This document shows, one piece after another, positions 1 to 12,876 of a stretch of 64,000 bases of DNA. Numbering within the stretch: position 1 is the first letter of the stretch; the number at the start of each line of letters is the position of its first letter. The position numbers and the translations under genes were made by a program. Source of the stretch: Eledone cirrhosa. Taxonomy: Eukaryota. Under the pieces are notes generated by a model. The model saw only the letters and a program-made list of their open reading frames with translations. It was not told the DNA's origin and did no database searches. The stretch spans positions 213,590,001 through 213,654,000 of the forward strand of contig OZ024740.1 of assembly GCA_964016885.1 (NCBI GenBank). The letters run 5' to 3'.

Positions 1-70
1 AATTTAATCGACTTTCCTCTCCCCCTAAAAATTGCAGGTCTTGTGCCTAAAATAGAAACAGTTATTTATT
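1..70 (+). mobile_element. 3' part of the dominant tRNA-derived SINE family
   Basis: tttaatcgactttcc...ttgtgcctaaaatagaaac matches the tail of the full copies at 22046-22670. Confidence 0.75.
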
Positions 71-339
71 ATCTGTAAAAGAAACAGGGAGGGGAAGAAA
101 CCGATCGAACTATGTTTCCATTGATCCATTATTTGAATTGAACTGAGTGCACACAGAACCGGATTAGATACGACAAAGCATCCTCTTCTGATTTTTAATA
201 AATTCGGCCACTCCACCGCCCACCCTTGGATTTGACTTTTATACTTTCGGGATCGTTTAGTAAAATACTAAGTTGACTTCAGTGCGGAGATTGGAGATCA
301 GAGAGTCACTCCAAGTAGAGTCACTACATCTCAGAGTTG

Positions 340-570
340 AGAGATCACAGATCTGATATTAAGGGCATGTGGTTAGAATGTCTCAGGAATGAATCGCTGG
401 ACAGAGTTTAAGGGCGAAACCAACCGACAGGAGACTCAGAGGTAGACCCTGAGCAAGATGGTTGAATAACATCTATGAGCTTGGTTGGCCTCGCTTGGGG
501 ATGCAACCGGATCAGTTGGAGATGGTTGCTTCTGACAGGATCCGCTGGAAGGAGTGTTTCAAGACTCCCC
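340..570 (+). mobile_element. RTE-like LINE 3' end remnant
   Basis: Degenerate GHVVRM...RRLRGRP*ARWLNNI...QLEMVASDRIRWK, typical of RTE ORF C-termini. Confidence 0.5.
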
Positions 571-640
571 CCACCCCCACACCTACCCTCAGGAATAAAT
601 GGGCGAAGAAGAAGCAGAAGACTTCAGTAAAATATGAGTG

Positions 641-3600
641 CAGACAATCCGAACTTATACGGAAGGGAGCACAGACAGTCGGAACATATACGGAAGGGAG
701 CACAGACAGTCGGAACTTATACGGAAGGGAGCACAGACAGTCGGAACATATAGGGAAGGGAGCACAGTCAGTCGGAACATATACGGAAGGGAGCACAGAC
801 AGTCGGAACTTATACGGAAGGGAGCACAGACAGTCGGAACATATAGGGAAGGGAGCACAGACAGTCGGAACTTATACGGAAGGGAGCACAGACAGTCGGA
901 ACTTATACGGAAGGGAGCACAGACAGTCGGAACTTATACGGAAGGGAGCACAGACAGTCGGAACATATACGGAAGGGAGCACAGACAGTCGGAACATATA
1001 GGGAAGGGAGCACAGACAGTCGGAACATATAGGGAAGGGAGCACAGTCAGTCGGAACATATAGGGAAGGGAGCACAGACAGTCGGAACTTATACGGAAGG
1101 GAGCACAGACAGTCGGAACTTATACGGAAGGGAGCACAGACAGTCGGAACATATACGGAAGGGAGCACACACAGTCGGAACTTATACGGAAGGGAGCACA
1201 GACAGTCGGAACATATACGGAAGGGAGCACAGACAGTCGGAACTTATAGGGAAGGGAGCACAGACAGTCGGAACTTATACGGAAGGGAGCACAGACAGTC
1301 GGAACATATAGGGAAGGGAGCACAGACAGTCGGAACTTATACGGAAGGGAGCACAGACAGTCGGAACATATACGGAAGGGAGCACAGACAGTCGGAACTT
1401 ATACGGAAGGGAGCACAGACAGTCGGAACTTATACGGAAGGGAGCACAGACAGTCGGAACATATAGGGAAGGGAGCACAGACAGTCGGAACATATACGGA
1501 AGGGAGCACAGACAGTCGGAACTTATACGGAAGGGAGCACAGACAGTCGGAACATATACGGAAGGGAGCACACACAGTCGGAACTTATACGGAAGGGAGC
1601 ACAGACAGTCGGAACTTATACGGAAGGGAGCACACACAGTCGGAACATATAGGGAAGGGAGCACAGACAGTCGGAACTTATACGGAAGGGAGCACACACA
1701 GTCGGAACATATACGGAAGGGAGCACAGACAGTCGGAACTTATACGGAAGGGAGCACAGACAGTCGGAACATATACGGAAGGGAGCACAGACAGTCGGAA
1801 CATATACGGAAGGGAGCACAGACAGTCGGAACTTATACGGAAGGGAGCACACACAGTCGGAACATATACGGAAGGGAGCACAGACAGTCGGAACTTATAC
1901 GGAAGGGAGCACAGACAGTCGGAACATATACGGAAGGGAGCACAGACAGTCGGAACTTATACGGAAGGGAGCACAGACAGTCGGAACATATACGGAAGGG
2001 AGCACAGACAGTCGGAACTTATACGGAAGGGAGCACAGACAGTCGGAACATATACGGAAGGGAGCACAGACAGTCGGAACTTATACGGAAGGGAGCACAG
2101 ACAGTCGGAACTTATACGGAAGGGAGCACACACAGTCGGAACTTATACGGAAGGGAGCACAGACAGTCGGAACATATAGGGAAGGGAGCACAGACAGTCG
2201 GAACTTATACGGAAGGGAGCACACACAGTCGGAACATATACGGAAGGGAGCACAGACAGTCGGAACATATAGGGAAGGGAGCACAGACAGTCGGAACATA
2301 TAGGGAAGGGAGCACACACAATCCGAACTTATACGGAAGGGAGCACAGACAGTCGGAACATATAGGGAAGGGAGCACAGACAGTCGGAACTTATACGGAA
2401 GGGAGCACACACAGTCGAAACTTATACGGAAGGGAGCACAGACAGTCGGAACATATAGGGAAGGGAGCACAGACAGTCGGAACTTATACGGAAGGGAGCA
2501 CACACAGTCGGAACATATACGGAAGGGAGCACAGACAGTCGGAACATATAGGGAAGGGAGCACACACAATCCGAACTTATACGGAAGGGAGCACAGACAG
2601 TCGGAACATATAGGGAAGGGAGCACAGACAGTCGGAACATATAGGGAAGGGAGCACACACAATCCGAACTTATACGGAAGGGAGCACAGACAGTCGGAAC
2701 ATATAGGGAAGGGAGCACAGACAGTCGGAACTTATACGGAAGGGAGCACACACAGTCGGAACATATACGGAAGGGAGCACAGACAGTCGGAACATATAGG
2801 GAAGGGAGCACACACAATCCGAACTTATACGGAAGGGAGCACAGACAGTCGGAACATATAGGGAAGGGAGCACAGACAGTCGGAACATATAGGGAAGGGA
2901 GCACACACAATCCGAACTTATACGGAAGGGACCACACACAGTCGGAACTTATACGGAAGGGAGCACAGACAGTCGGAACATATAGGGAAGGGAGCACAGA
3001 CAGTCGGAACATATACGGAAGGGAGCACAGACAGTCGGAACATATACGAAAGGGAGCACACAGTCGGAACTTATACGGAAGGGAGCACAGACAGTCGGAA
3101 CATATACGAAAGGGAGCACACAGTCGGAACATATACGGAAGGGAGCACAGACAGTCGGAACATATACGGAAGGGAGCACAGACAGTTGGAACATATAGGG
3201 AAGGGAGCACAGACAGTCGGAACTTATACGGAAGGGAGCACAGACAGTCGGAACTTATACGGAAGGGAGCACAGACAGTCGGAACTTATACGGAAGGGAA
3301 CACAGACAGTCGGAACTTATACGGAAGGGAACACAGACAGTCGGAACATATACGGAAGGGAGCACAGACAGTCGGAACTTATACGGAAGGGAGCACAGAC
3401 AGTCGGAACTTATACGGAAGGGAGCACAGACAGTCGGAACATATACGGAAGGGAGCACAGACAGTCGGAACTTATACGGAAGGGAGCACAGACAGTCGGA
3501 ACTTATACGGAAGGGAGCACACACAGTCGGAACTTATACGGAAGGGAGCACAGACAGTCGGAACTTATACGGAAGGGAACACAGACAGTCGGAACTTATA

Positions 3601-4536
3601 CGGAAGGGAGCACACACAGTCGGAACTTATACGGAAGGGAGCACAGACAGTCGGAACTTATACGGAAGGAAGCACACACAGTCGGAACATATACGGAAGG
3701 GAGCACAGACAGTCGGAACTTATACGGAAGGGAGCACAGACAGTCGGAACATATACGGAAGGGAGCACACACAGTCGGAACTTATACGGAAGGGAGCACA
3801 GACAGTCGGAACTTATACGGAAGGGAGCACAGACAGTCGGAACATATACGGAAGGGAGCACAGACAGTCGGAACATATAGGGAAGGGAGCACAGACAGTC
3901 GGAACATATAGGGAAGGGAGCACAGACAGTCGGAACATATAGGGAAGGGAGCACAGACAGTCGGAACATATAGGGAAGGGAGCACAGACAGTCGGAACAT
4001 ATAGGGAAGGGAGCACAGACAGTCGGAACATATACGGAAGGGAGCACAGACAGTCGGAACATATAGGGAAGGGAGCACAGACAGTCGGAACATATACGGA
4101 AGGGAGCACAGACAGTCGGAACATATAGGGAAGGGAGCACAGACAGTCGGAACATATACGGAAGGGAGCACACACAGTCGGAACTTATACGGAAGGGAGC
4201 ACAGACAGTCGGAACTTATACGGAAGGGAGCACAGACAGTCGGAACATATACGGAAGGGAGCACAGACAGTCGGAACATATAGGGAAGGGAGCACAGACA
4301 GTCGGAACTTATACGGAAGGGAGCACAGACAGTCGGAACATATAGGGAAGGGAGCACAGACAGTCGGAACATATAGGGAAGGGAGCACAGACAGTCGGAA
4401 CATATAGGGAAGGGAGCACAGACAGTCGGAACATATACGGAAGGGAGCACAGACAGTCGGAACTTATACGGAAGGGAGCACAGACAGTCGGAACTTATAC
4501 GGAAGGGAGCACAGACAGTCGGAACTTATACGGAAG
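641..4536. repeat. 31-bp minisatellite, about 125 copies
   Basis: Unit cagacagtcggaac(t/a)tata(c/g)ggaagggagca repeated head to tail; explains all the repetitive ORFs in this interval. Confidence 0.98.
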
Positions 4537-4649
4537 CATTTAATCCGACATTCTCACCACTCTGCTAAATTCTCCATCTATCTATAAGAGAAAGAGAAAG
4601 TCCCGTAAATTCCTTCTGAGGGAGTCGTAGGTGGGGGTAGGGGGAGCGT

Positions 4650-4940
4650 ATTGACATACGGCGATTCTAGGGCATTTAAAAAAGACCTGGTGGAGCCCAT
4701 CTCCTCTTCAGGTTTGAACACAGCAGATTTCTTTCAGAGAAAAATAGAAAGTGAGAGAATGGAAGTGAGAAAGAGATGTAGAAGAAGAATCGACCCAGTA
4801 TTACACTGGTACCTTTTTTTTATCAACCTCGAACGGATGAAAGGTAAAGTTGACCCTTAGTGGGATTTGAACTCAGAGAGCCAAAACTAATACCGCAAAT
4901 CATTCTGTCTGACGTTCTCACGACTCTGCTAATTCACTGA
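4650..4940 (-). mobile_element. SINE with extended tail (related pieces at about 6860-6960, 7900-7970, 14715-14905, 26015-26235)
   Basis: Shared block ggcatttaaa..cctggtggagcccat..gcagatttcttccagaaaag joined to the SINE core on the minus strand. Confidence 0.65.
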
Positions 4941-5289
4941 TCTACCTATATAGATAAATATACAAAAGCATTGACATTGAATCCCTTACAGCTAGAATAC
5001 CAGACGGCATCGTTATTAGTTTAGTGTGACTATTATATAATTTGTGTCATCTTTTTGCTAGTTTCCGGAGTTTTTAAGTACAGTTTAGCAACGGTTTGTA
5101 TCCGGTTCCTTTAACTCGAATTGTAATTATTAAGATGTGATTGCACAAAGAAGACAGAAAAGCATTTGTAAGATTTTATAGCAAACAGAGGCATTTTATA
5201 TATTATATGTTGATTAGATTAACCTATTCGGTTCACCTAATTCTCTTACATATTTTTATATCGGGGCAATAATGGACATGGGCCTCCGT

Positions 5290-5612
5290 CGGTTCTACGA
5301 TGATTGTCTCAGTTCTTTCAACGGAACTGCCTTCTCATGAAATTAACGTGCAAGTGGCTGAGCATTCCATAGACACGTGCACCAGTAGCGTAGTTCTGTG
5401 ACAGATCCAGCGTGACACAGTGTATGACAAAGCTGACCCTTTGAATTACAGGAACAGGACATCTGACGGACTTCCAAACAGCCATCTACCTAGTTTCACT
5501 CCCAAGACATGGGTGGACCCAAGGTTATGGTAAATGACACGTGCCCAAGATGTGGGATCGAACCCGGCATCCAATGTTTGCAAAGCAAACTTCTTAGCCA
5601 TTTGGCTATATT
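5290..5612 (-). mobile_element. tRNA-derived SINE (second family)
   Basis: Minus strand begins tagccaaatggctaag (A-box-like) and gggttcgatccca (B-box). Confidence 0.55.
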
Positions 5613-5744
5613 GCATTCACAATTTAGGGAGGGATGACATACAGTTTGACGTTTTTTTTCTATTTTTGTATTATATGGAGAGGCGGCGAATTGGCAGAGT
5701 TGTTAGAACCTTGGATAGAATCTTTGCAGTATTCGTCCCGGCTC

Positions 5745-6085
5745 TCTGCTCTCTCACCTACCGAGACCTGATTACTAATGTAGAGGTGCTGAAGAGAAGT
5801 AAACAGAGGCTACTGACTGACACCATCACTGAAAGGTACCTGAAACTGGACACATTCTGCGCATGTCTGAGTACCGAAACCCATCTGTGGCAATGAGATG
5901 GATCCCAGTCGGTGGCAAGCGGATCAAAAGGAGACCCAAGAAAACCTGGCACTCAGCTTTCAAAGACCTCCAGAGGATTGGACTGAACTGGGAAATTATG
6001 TAAGATGCCGCAGCTGATCGTGTAAATTGGAGTGGACTCATGATCCAATATGCCCCAAGGCATAGAAGGACCCAAGACTATGATT
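5745..6085 (+). mobile_element. RTE-clade LINE 3' fragment, frameshifted
   Basis: LTYRDLITNVEVLKR...RWIPVGGKRIKRRPKKTW...AAADRVNW. Confidence 0.7.
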
Positions 6086-6544
6086 AAGACATATGCTGTT
6101 AATTTTTTTTTAAATATTAAAACTATTTTAACATCACCATAACTGAGTGTTTTTTTCATTAAATTTCTCTCTCTCGTGATTTCATTAAGAAAACTATCAG
6201 AAAAACCACCCTTCGGGTGGTTTTCTGCTAGCATGTGTAGTGTGTATATTGATATTATATGCAAGTATATATACATGTAGATATGATACGTCAAATAAAA
6301 TGGTAATTCACAATATACATAGAAATTGAACGAAGACTGTGTTACACTCTCTTATGTAATCAGTAACGTAATCCATGATACATTAAAAAAAGATGATATA
6401 ATATATAAACTGCATTAGGAGAAAATTAGTGACAGAAAATTAATGTTTATTTAAGCGATCGCCACCGGAAGTGTTGACATTTGAAAATTTTAAAGAAGTG
6501 AATCTTTAAATAAATAATAAAATATATTTAATGAACAGCCACGA

Positions 6545-6745
6545 AATTTAGTAGATAAATTATTTGCAGCATAGAGTTACGGCCCTTTATGATTTGAGTT
6601 CAAATCCCGCCGAAGTTAACTTTGCCTTTCATCCTTAGGGGGTCGATAAAATAAAGCACCAGTAACATATTGAGGTCGATTTAATCGACTTTCCTCTCCC
6701 CCAAAATTGCTGGCCTTGTGTCTATATAAGAAATCATTATTTATT
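6545..6745 (+). mobile_element. Dominant SINE copy (another at about 7140-7290)
   Basis: B-box gagttcaaatccc plus core gcctttcatccttaggggtcgataaaataaag. Confidence 0.8.
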
Positions 6746-7389
6746 CAAAGTAATCCAACTTATTTTACTAATGGGATAAAAAATTATAAACCGTACGCAG
6801 TCCCGCGCTTCTTACTTGATTATAGTTTAGAAACAAAGTCTTTCTCTCTCTCTCGCTTTCTCTATTTCCCTCTCTTTCTCTCTCCTTCTCAGGGAGAAAT
6901 CAGTTGTTTTCTGACCTGGGAGGTGAAGGGCCCCGTCAGATTTAAAGTGCCATGGACACCTTCATTGCAACCAATTTTTCGATGTTCAATAGATGGACTA
7001 AAGACATATCAGAACAGTGTATTCGAAAGACTATATTTTTGTCAGACCTTCAGTCAGCGTTCTCTAGAGTCAGAGGTAGACTTACCTAGTAGATTCCAAT
7101 ATATATATATATGTACATATACCGGGGTGCTGAAAAGTTTTGAGTCAAATCCTGCTGAAGTTAGCTTTGCCTTTTATCCTTGTGGGACAGATAAAATAAA
7201 GTACCAGTGATGCACTTGTGTCGATTTATTCGACTTTCCTTCTCCATTCAAATTGCTGGCCTTGTGACAAAAGTAGAAATAATTATTTCTAACCGAATAA
7301 TTTAGGTTCTTTGCATTCTGAGTTCAAATGACACTGTGACCTACTTGTGTGGTAAACTTGATCTGTCGTCCAAATTAATACCACCATCT

Positions 7390-7790
7390 AGTCCTTGGGT
7401 GATAGAAACAGCTATAGAAATATGAACAGAAATTCTATTTGTTTATCAAATACTTTTTGAAGATGGTTTCAAATTCATGTTATTTTTGAAAATAAAGTTC
7501 ATCAACAATGCATTTTTTTCTGGGACTGCTGTGATTGAAACATACCATGTAAATATGAAGACCTTTAAACATTGACCTGCCCAGCTGGATAGAAAACTTA
7601 TACTGTTGAAGTTCTGAAGCTATCGTCTTTTCACAATCTTCATTCTCATAAACAAGACGTTTTACTTTATTATTATTCAGCAATAATTCCAGAGTCGTTC
7701 TTCATCTCAGTTTCTCTGACTTTATAACTGATGTAATGATATCTCCTTGCTGTAATGATATTTCATTAGAATCTTTCATAGAATGTTTTG
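7390..7790 (-). pseudogene. hAT (Charlie/Buster, ZBED5-like) transposase remnant
   Basis: NNNKVKRLVYENEDCEKTIASELQQYKFSIQL...KKCIVDELYF resembles the NNTVKRRI..MA.D.E...FSIQLDEST...EELLF block; in-frame stops. Confidence 0.65.
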
Positions 7791-8619
7791 TGGTTTTCGT
7801 TACGTCTCTCTGTTCTCTTAGTTCAAATCCTGCCGAGGTCTGTTCTCTTAGTTCAAATCCTGCCGAGGTCGATAAAAAAGTACAAGTCTAATTTCTCTCA
7901 CTTTCTATCCTTTTCTGGAAGAAATCTGCTATATTCAGACCTGGAAAGGGATGGGCTCTGCCAGATTTAAAATGAACTAGAGATGCTGTATGCCACTATG
8001 GCGTCCCTACGACTACACCAGGAGTTACGGTATGTAAGTAAATAAGCAGTCTTTTTTATTTGTTATGTTAAAGGAAACATTATAAGAAGCCTTCATTTCC
8101 AATTTAAATATGAGCTGGTGACTTCAGAAAAGACAGAGTCTTTAAAAATTGAAAATATTTTCTTTCTTTTTTTTTCTTTTCACCAATAAATCCAGTAAAA
8201 TGTAAGGAGTTACTGAGAAATGAACAAGACAGAGAGAGGACATAAATCAAAAAGAAAGAAAATAATGATTTATATTGCTTTTGAATTCTTGCAAATTGTA
8301 GGGGTCAGAAAAGCAAGAAACTGGAAGAGAATTCCTTTTGTGAGATGTGCGAGGGAAGAAACTATCAGATTGAATTTATGATTACATTTGGGAACTGTCA
8401 ATAGATGAGAACTGCTGCAAATCTGGTGCATTTAAACTGATGAAGACGAGGGCAGCTCATCTGAACAATTTCTATAAAAATGTTTATAGAGAGGCAAAGA
8501 GAGGCAACATCTGGACAGTATGATAGAGATTGAAGTCGACATAAGTCAGGACAAATATGTTGACTTTGGACTTTATCTAAACCCTCAGGACGCACAGCAG
8601 AAGAAGAAGAAGCGTTTGA

Positions 8620-8745
8620 TGGTGAAACCTTTCCCGAGGAGCGATACTTGATGAAGATGTCATCCTTAGAGTCACTAAAGGCATCAATGAAAACCACAGA
8701 GAAATAGATAGAAAAAAGGGTAGTGGCCATGGGATTATCATGCTT
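8620..8745 (-). mobile_element. RTE/BovB-like RT fragment
   Basis: ATTLFSIYFSVVFIDAFSDSKDDIFIKYRSSGKV resembles LAPTLF...GIYIRYRTDGKL. Confidence 0.6.
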
Positions 8746-8883
8746 AACAACATCCATCCATCTATCCATACATACATACAGACAGACAGACATACATTAG
8801 ATACATATGTACATACGTACATACATACATGCAAACAATGATCGCTTCATCTTTGCAGATAATTGCCGCCTTCTTATGCACCG

Positions 8884-9068
8884 CCAACATCGTCCCCCTC
8901 CCTCCCAATCGTCACTCCCTCCCAACATCGTCACCACCCCCAACATCGTCCCACCCCCCAAATTGTCACTCCCTCCCAACATCATCACCATCCCCCAAAT
9001 TGTCACTCCCTCCCAACATCATCACCATCCCCCAACAGCGTCATACCCCCACATCGTCACCACTCCAA
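8884..9068. repeat. C-rich imperfect tandem repeat (cccaacatcgtcacc / cccaaattgtcactccct)
   Basis: Visible alternating motifs. Confidence 0.8.
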
Positions 9069-9069
9069 A

Positions 9070-9323
9070 CGTCCGTTCATGGCCTCTTAGGTGGCCTTTA
9101 AATCCAGCTTTAGATTCGCACGGCCTGCAGCAAATGGGACAGACAAAAGATGTGCCTACTATTGGATTGATTGGGTCAGTTTGTGGGATGTCATCCTTAT
9201 GTACCCTCATATGCCTTTTAAGACCAGAGATTGGTTTGCAGATTTTTCTGCACCCCACACATGTTGTCTCACCTAGTATTGGAGGGATAGAGCTGCATAC
9301 AGCTGGTCTTTCATGTTATTTTT

Positions 9324-9325
<2 letters not shown>
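9070..9325 (-). mobile_element. LINE (RTE-like) 3' end encoding two C2H2 zinc fingers
   Basis: CVGCRKICKPISGLKRHMRVH and CPICCRPCESKAGFKGHLRGH; no TGEKP linker; RTE RT fragment nearby on the same strand. Confidence 0.55.
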
Positions 9326-9413
<88 letters not shown>

Positions 9414-9702
9414 AGAATGGAATGTAAAATAGGAAAATACAAAGAAAAAAGAAAAAAACTGAAAAGGGAGGGAATGGCAAGGACTCTAGCGTCACAGTAG
9501 AATGGAGTTACGATCATAATGTCGTCAGGGTACTAGAAGTAGCTGGGGAGTTAATCCTGCGATAAACTGGCGTCCTGACCATGGAGAGTCTTGTACTCTC
9601 AGTTACTTTACTCCAAGGAAACTGGCCTGTTGAGCCTTCGGCTTAGAACAGACTTTAACTTGAACATTTTTATTAAATAATATATACATTTATATATATA
9701 TA

Positions 9703-9944
9703 TTAATCTGTTATTTTAATAAATATTTGCTCTACGGTTCTTATATATTTGATATATATCAAATATATAAGAACCGTAGAGCAAATATTTATTAAAATAA
9801 CAGATTAAAGTTTAAGCAAAGAATCGCTGCTTTCACCCTTAACGGGATCTTCTGAAACTAATCTAAACCTGGTTAGTTTCAGAAGATTCCGTTAAGGGTG
9901 AAAGCAGCGATTCTTTGCTTAAACTTTAATCTGTTATTTTAATA
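9703..9944. repeat. Two overlapping fold-back palindromes of a dispersed (TA)n-associated repeat (other copies 36925-37230, 61140-61352, 62655-62840)
   Basis: 9703-9808 is a perfect palindrome; 9790-9861 pairs with 9872-9944. Confidence 0.9.
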
Positions 9945-9964
9945 TATATATATATATATATATA

Positions 9965-10115
9965 TAGGAAAAAGTATGACCCCGACGGCAGAGCTCAAGC
10001 CGTTTCGAGCTCTGCCGTCGGGGTCATACTTTTTCCTATTTCCCACTCTACTACCCTAAGTATTGAGTACTCTGGTGCGTTATGGTCCATCTGTTTCCTC
10101 ACCACAATTCCTTTG

Positions 10116-10153
<38 letters not shown>

Positions 10154-10358
10154 CGAAGGGAATGTGGTAAGGAACCAGGTGGACCATAACGCACCAAAGT
10201 ACTCAATATTTAGGGTAGTAGAGTGGGAAATAGGAAAAAGTATGACCCCGACGGCAGAGCTCAAGCCGTTTCGACGGCTAATTCTGGACTAAAATGATTT
10301 TTAGTCCAGAATTAGCCGTCGAAACGGCTTGAGCTCAGTCGTCGGGGTCCTACTCGTT

Positions 10359-10360
<2 letters not shown>
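9965..10360. repeat. Serial fold-back palindromes of a second (TA)n-associated repeat (copies 15925-16125, 34490-34720, 36225-36285, 59870-60005)
   Basis: ggaaaaagtatgaccccgacggcagagctc alternates with its reverse complement; one hairpin is centred on (TA)n at about 10120-10150. Confidence 0.9.
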
Positions 10361-10422
<62 letters not shown>

Positions 10423-10473
10423 TATATAATATACGATATTAACAAATGCAAACTATATTTATAAAACCATATT

Positions 10474-10538
10474 TATTTCATTATACATATTTCAAGGACA
10501 CCAAGTTAAATTATGGTGTGCTTTCTTCAGATAAAATA
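10474..10538 (-). ncRNA. Type I hammerhead ribozyme motif
   Basis: UAUUUUAU-CUGAAGA-AAGCACACCA/UGGUGUCCUU-GAAA-UAUGUA-UA-AUGAAAUA: intact core, 8-bp stem I, 9 of 10 pairs in stem II. Confidence 0.75.
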
Positions 10539-10759
10539 TAATATAGAGCAGTTTTATAAATAAATATTGACATACCCTTAAAGAATGCGACCATTACTGT
10601 TGGAAGCTCCTTGAAATATGTATAATGAAATAAATATGGTTTTATAAATATAGTTTCCATTTGTTAATATCGTATTTTTACTCCAATTATTTGTTGAGTG
10701 CTTTATATCAGTTATAAAAATATTTGCTTGTTGTATCCCAACAATTTAAATAGAATTTC

Positions 10760-10857
<98 letters not shown>

Positions 10858-11625
10858 CACATAAATAACATTACTAACTGCTCACAATTGTTTCAGAATA
10901 ACATTACAAATGTAATGTCGTTGATAAACGCAAGTATAAATACATATAACAAATACAATTAACTATTGCTAGGAACCTCACAAAAACAACACCAAAACAT
11001 ATGACCAGAGTGAGAGAAAGGAGAAAAAAAGGGGGAGTCACCACCAAGTGTGACAATCGGCCACACATCATATCATAAGGGTCAACGGAATATTTTGAAG
11101 CAAGCCAACACACTCACAGCATAACCACACGGCATGGCGAGGCTAAGGTGCTAAAACAACCAAGCGCCTTCACGGGCATCACCTAAAACCTCAGTAAGGC
11201 GAGGTGATGGGGAGGCTAAGACACTGAAACAACCAAGCACCCCCACGGGCATCACCTGACACCTGTGTAAGTTGAGTCGACAGTACTTTAACTTACAAGT
11301 GATGGGGTGCACCCTATATATTTTCGAAAAAAAAACTGAAAAAATAAAAACAAAACGTTTTTGACTTTTTAGGAACATTTCAAACATGTATGTTGGGAAA
11401 ATATCTAATTTAGAACAAAATAGTGATGTGTTAACCACATTTAGGACACTGATACCGCGGGGGAGGGGGACATGGTCGCTACGGAATGGAGCTTGTTTAC
11501 ATTCTAACCCTTCATGCAGGCGTTTCCAAATTATTCCCAACACCCCAGAATCTGTGTACACTGATCTTTACTATATTCTGTGAAGATAAGTGGTGCACTC
11601 GCGCCCCCAAAATATTCAGAGAAAG

Positions 11626-11686
<61 letters not shown>

Positions 11687-11982
11687 ATGTGTGTGTGTGT
11701 GTGTGTGAGAGAGAAAGAGAGAGTTTCTATACCACCCTACTTTGAGACCGTAGGGCGTAGCTAAAACATACCGCTCTGACTGGGGTGTGGTGTCTGTTGC
11801 TCCCTCCCCATCTTCCTTTCTTTTGTTAAATTTATTTCTTCTTCTTCTTCTTCTCTTTTGTTTTCCTTTTCTTACTCTCTTTTATATTGTATAGTTGTTA
11901 TTACATTCCCCCTTTAAGATTAATCTTTGATATGAAAATATGTCACAGTTAAACTTCATCTATCGTGTACATGATTCCCCAC

Positions 11983-12099
<117 letters not shown>

Positions 12100-12290
12100 G
12101 GTTCACACATTCCTAGTGTCATGTTTATTTTGTTATTTAAAAAAAAATCCTCTTCAAACTAAATTGCCTGAACCCGGCCTGCACAAGTGAAGACAACAGA
12201 ATACGCAACTGGCGTCTCCATTCAGTTGTTTTAAAGTCAACTTCTTTGCATTTTTATGTTCGGCAGGTTCATTCCTGATTTACCTTAGAT

Positions 12291-12876
12291 CAGGATTTTC
12301 TAACCTGGGCAATATCGCCCACTGGTGAACGGTCTCAACTGTTGGGTGGGTGATGAACAACTGAACAGAAAATGGTGGGCGATTGGTAATTTTATGAGAT
12401 TTTGAGTATTAAGAAGATATTTCAATATATGCTATCCAAAGAGGGATGGATTGGCAGTAATCGGTAGAGCGTCGGACAACACGCTTTACGGCATAGGGTT
12501 ACGCCCCTTTACGATCTGAGTTCAAATCCTGCCGAGGTTAACTTTGTCTTTCATCCTTATAGGGGTGATAAAATAAAGTACCAGTAATACACAGCGATCG
12601 GTTTTATCGACTTTCTCCTCCCTCGAAATTGTTGGCCTTGTGCCTAAATCAGAAACCAATATATGCTAGCCGAAAAAAAAACATCAAAGAAGATATGCAA
12701 AGAACTTGCATTATACAACAACACGGGACCCTAAATGGGAATAACGAACCAGTAACAAACTTTTACCAAATATTTTTGGTATGTTTTTGATTATTTCCTA
12801 TACAGATGAGCAGTGGAAAAGTTTTCAATGTGAAAGTGAGTGATGACTTCAAAAAAAAAAAGGTTGGGAACCTCTG
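12291..12876. mobile_element. hAT-Charlie-type MITE with a SINE inserted at about 12443-12660
   Basis: Ends caggattttctaacct / aggttgggaacctctg; flanks ccttagat / ctttaaat resemble a decayed 8-bp TSD. Confidence 0.55.

Noticed and set aside
462-4450. Many ORFs of 60-260 aa, and a CRISPR-like look
   Set aside because: They are translations of the 31-bp tandem unit; there are no unique spacers or cas genes and the context is eukaryotic.
6199-6231. Hairpin aaaaccaccc-ttc-gggtggtttt resembling a bacterial terminator
   Set aside because: Eukaryotic context; it is followed by CTAG so it may be a Helitron 3' end, but I found no matching 5' end.
9872-9915. HHR-like CAGAAGA-UCCC guuaa GGGU-GAAA in the fold-back family
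   Set aside because: The core has U4A in all copies here, and I could not form stem I or a UH cleavage site.
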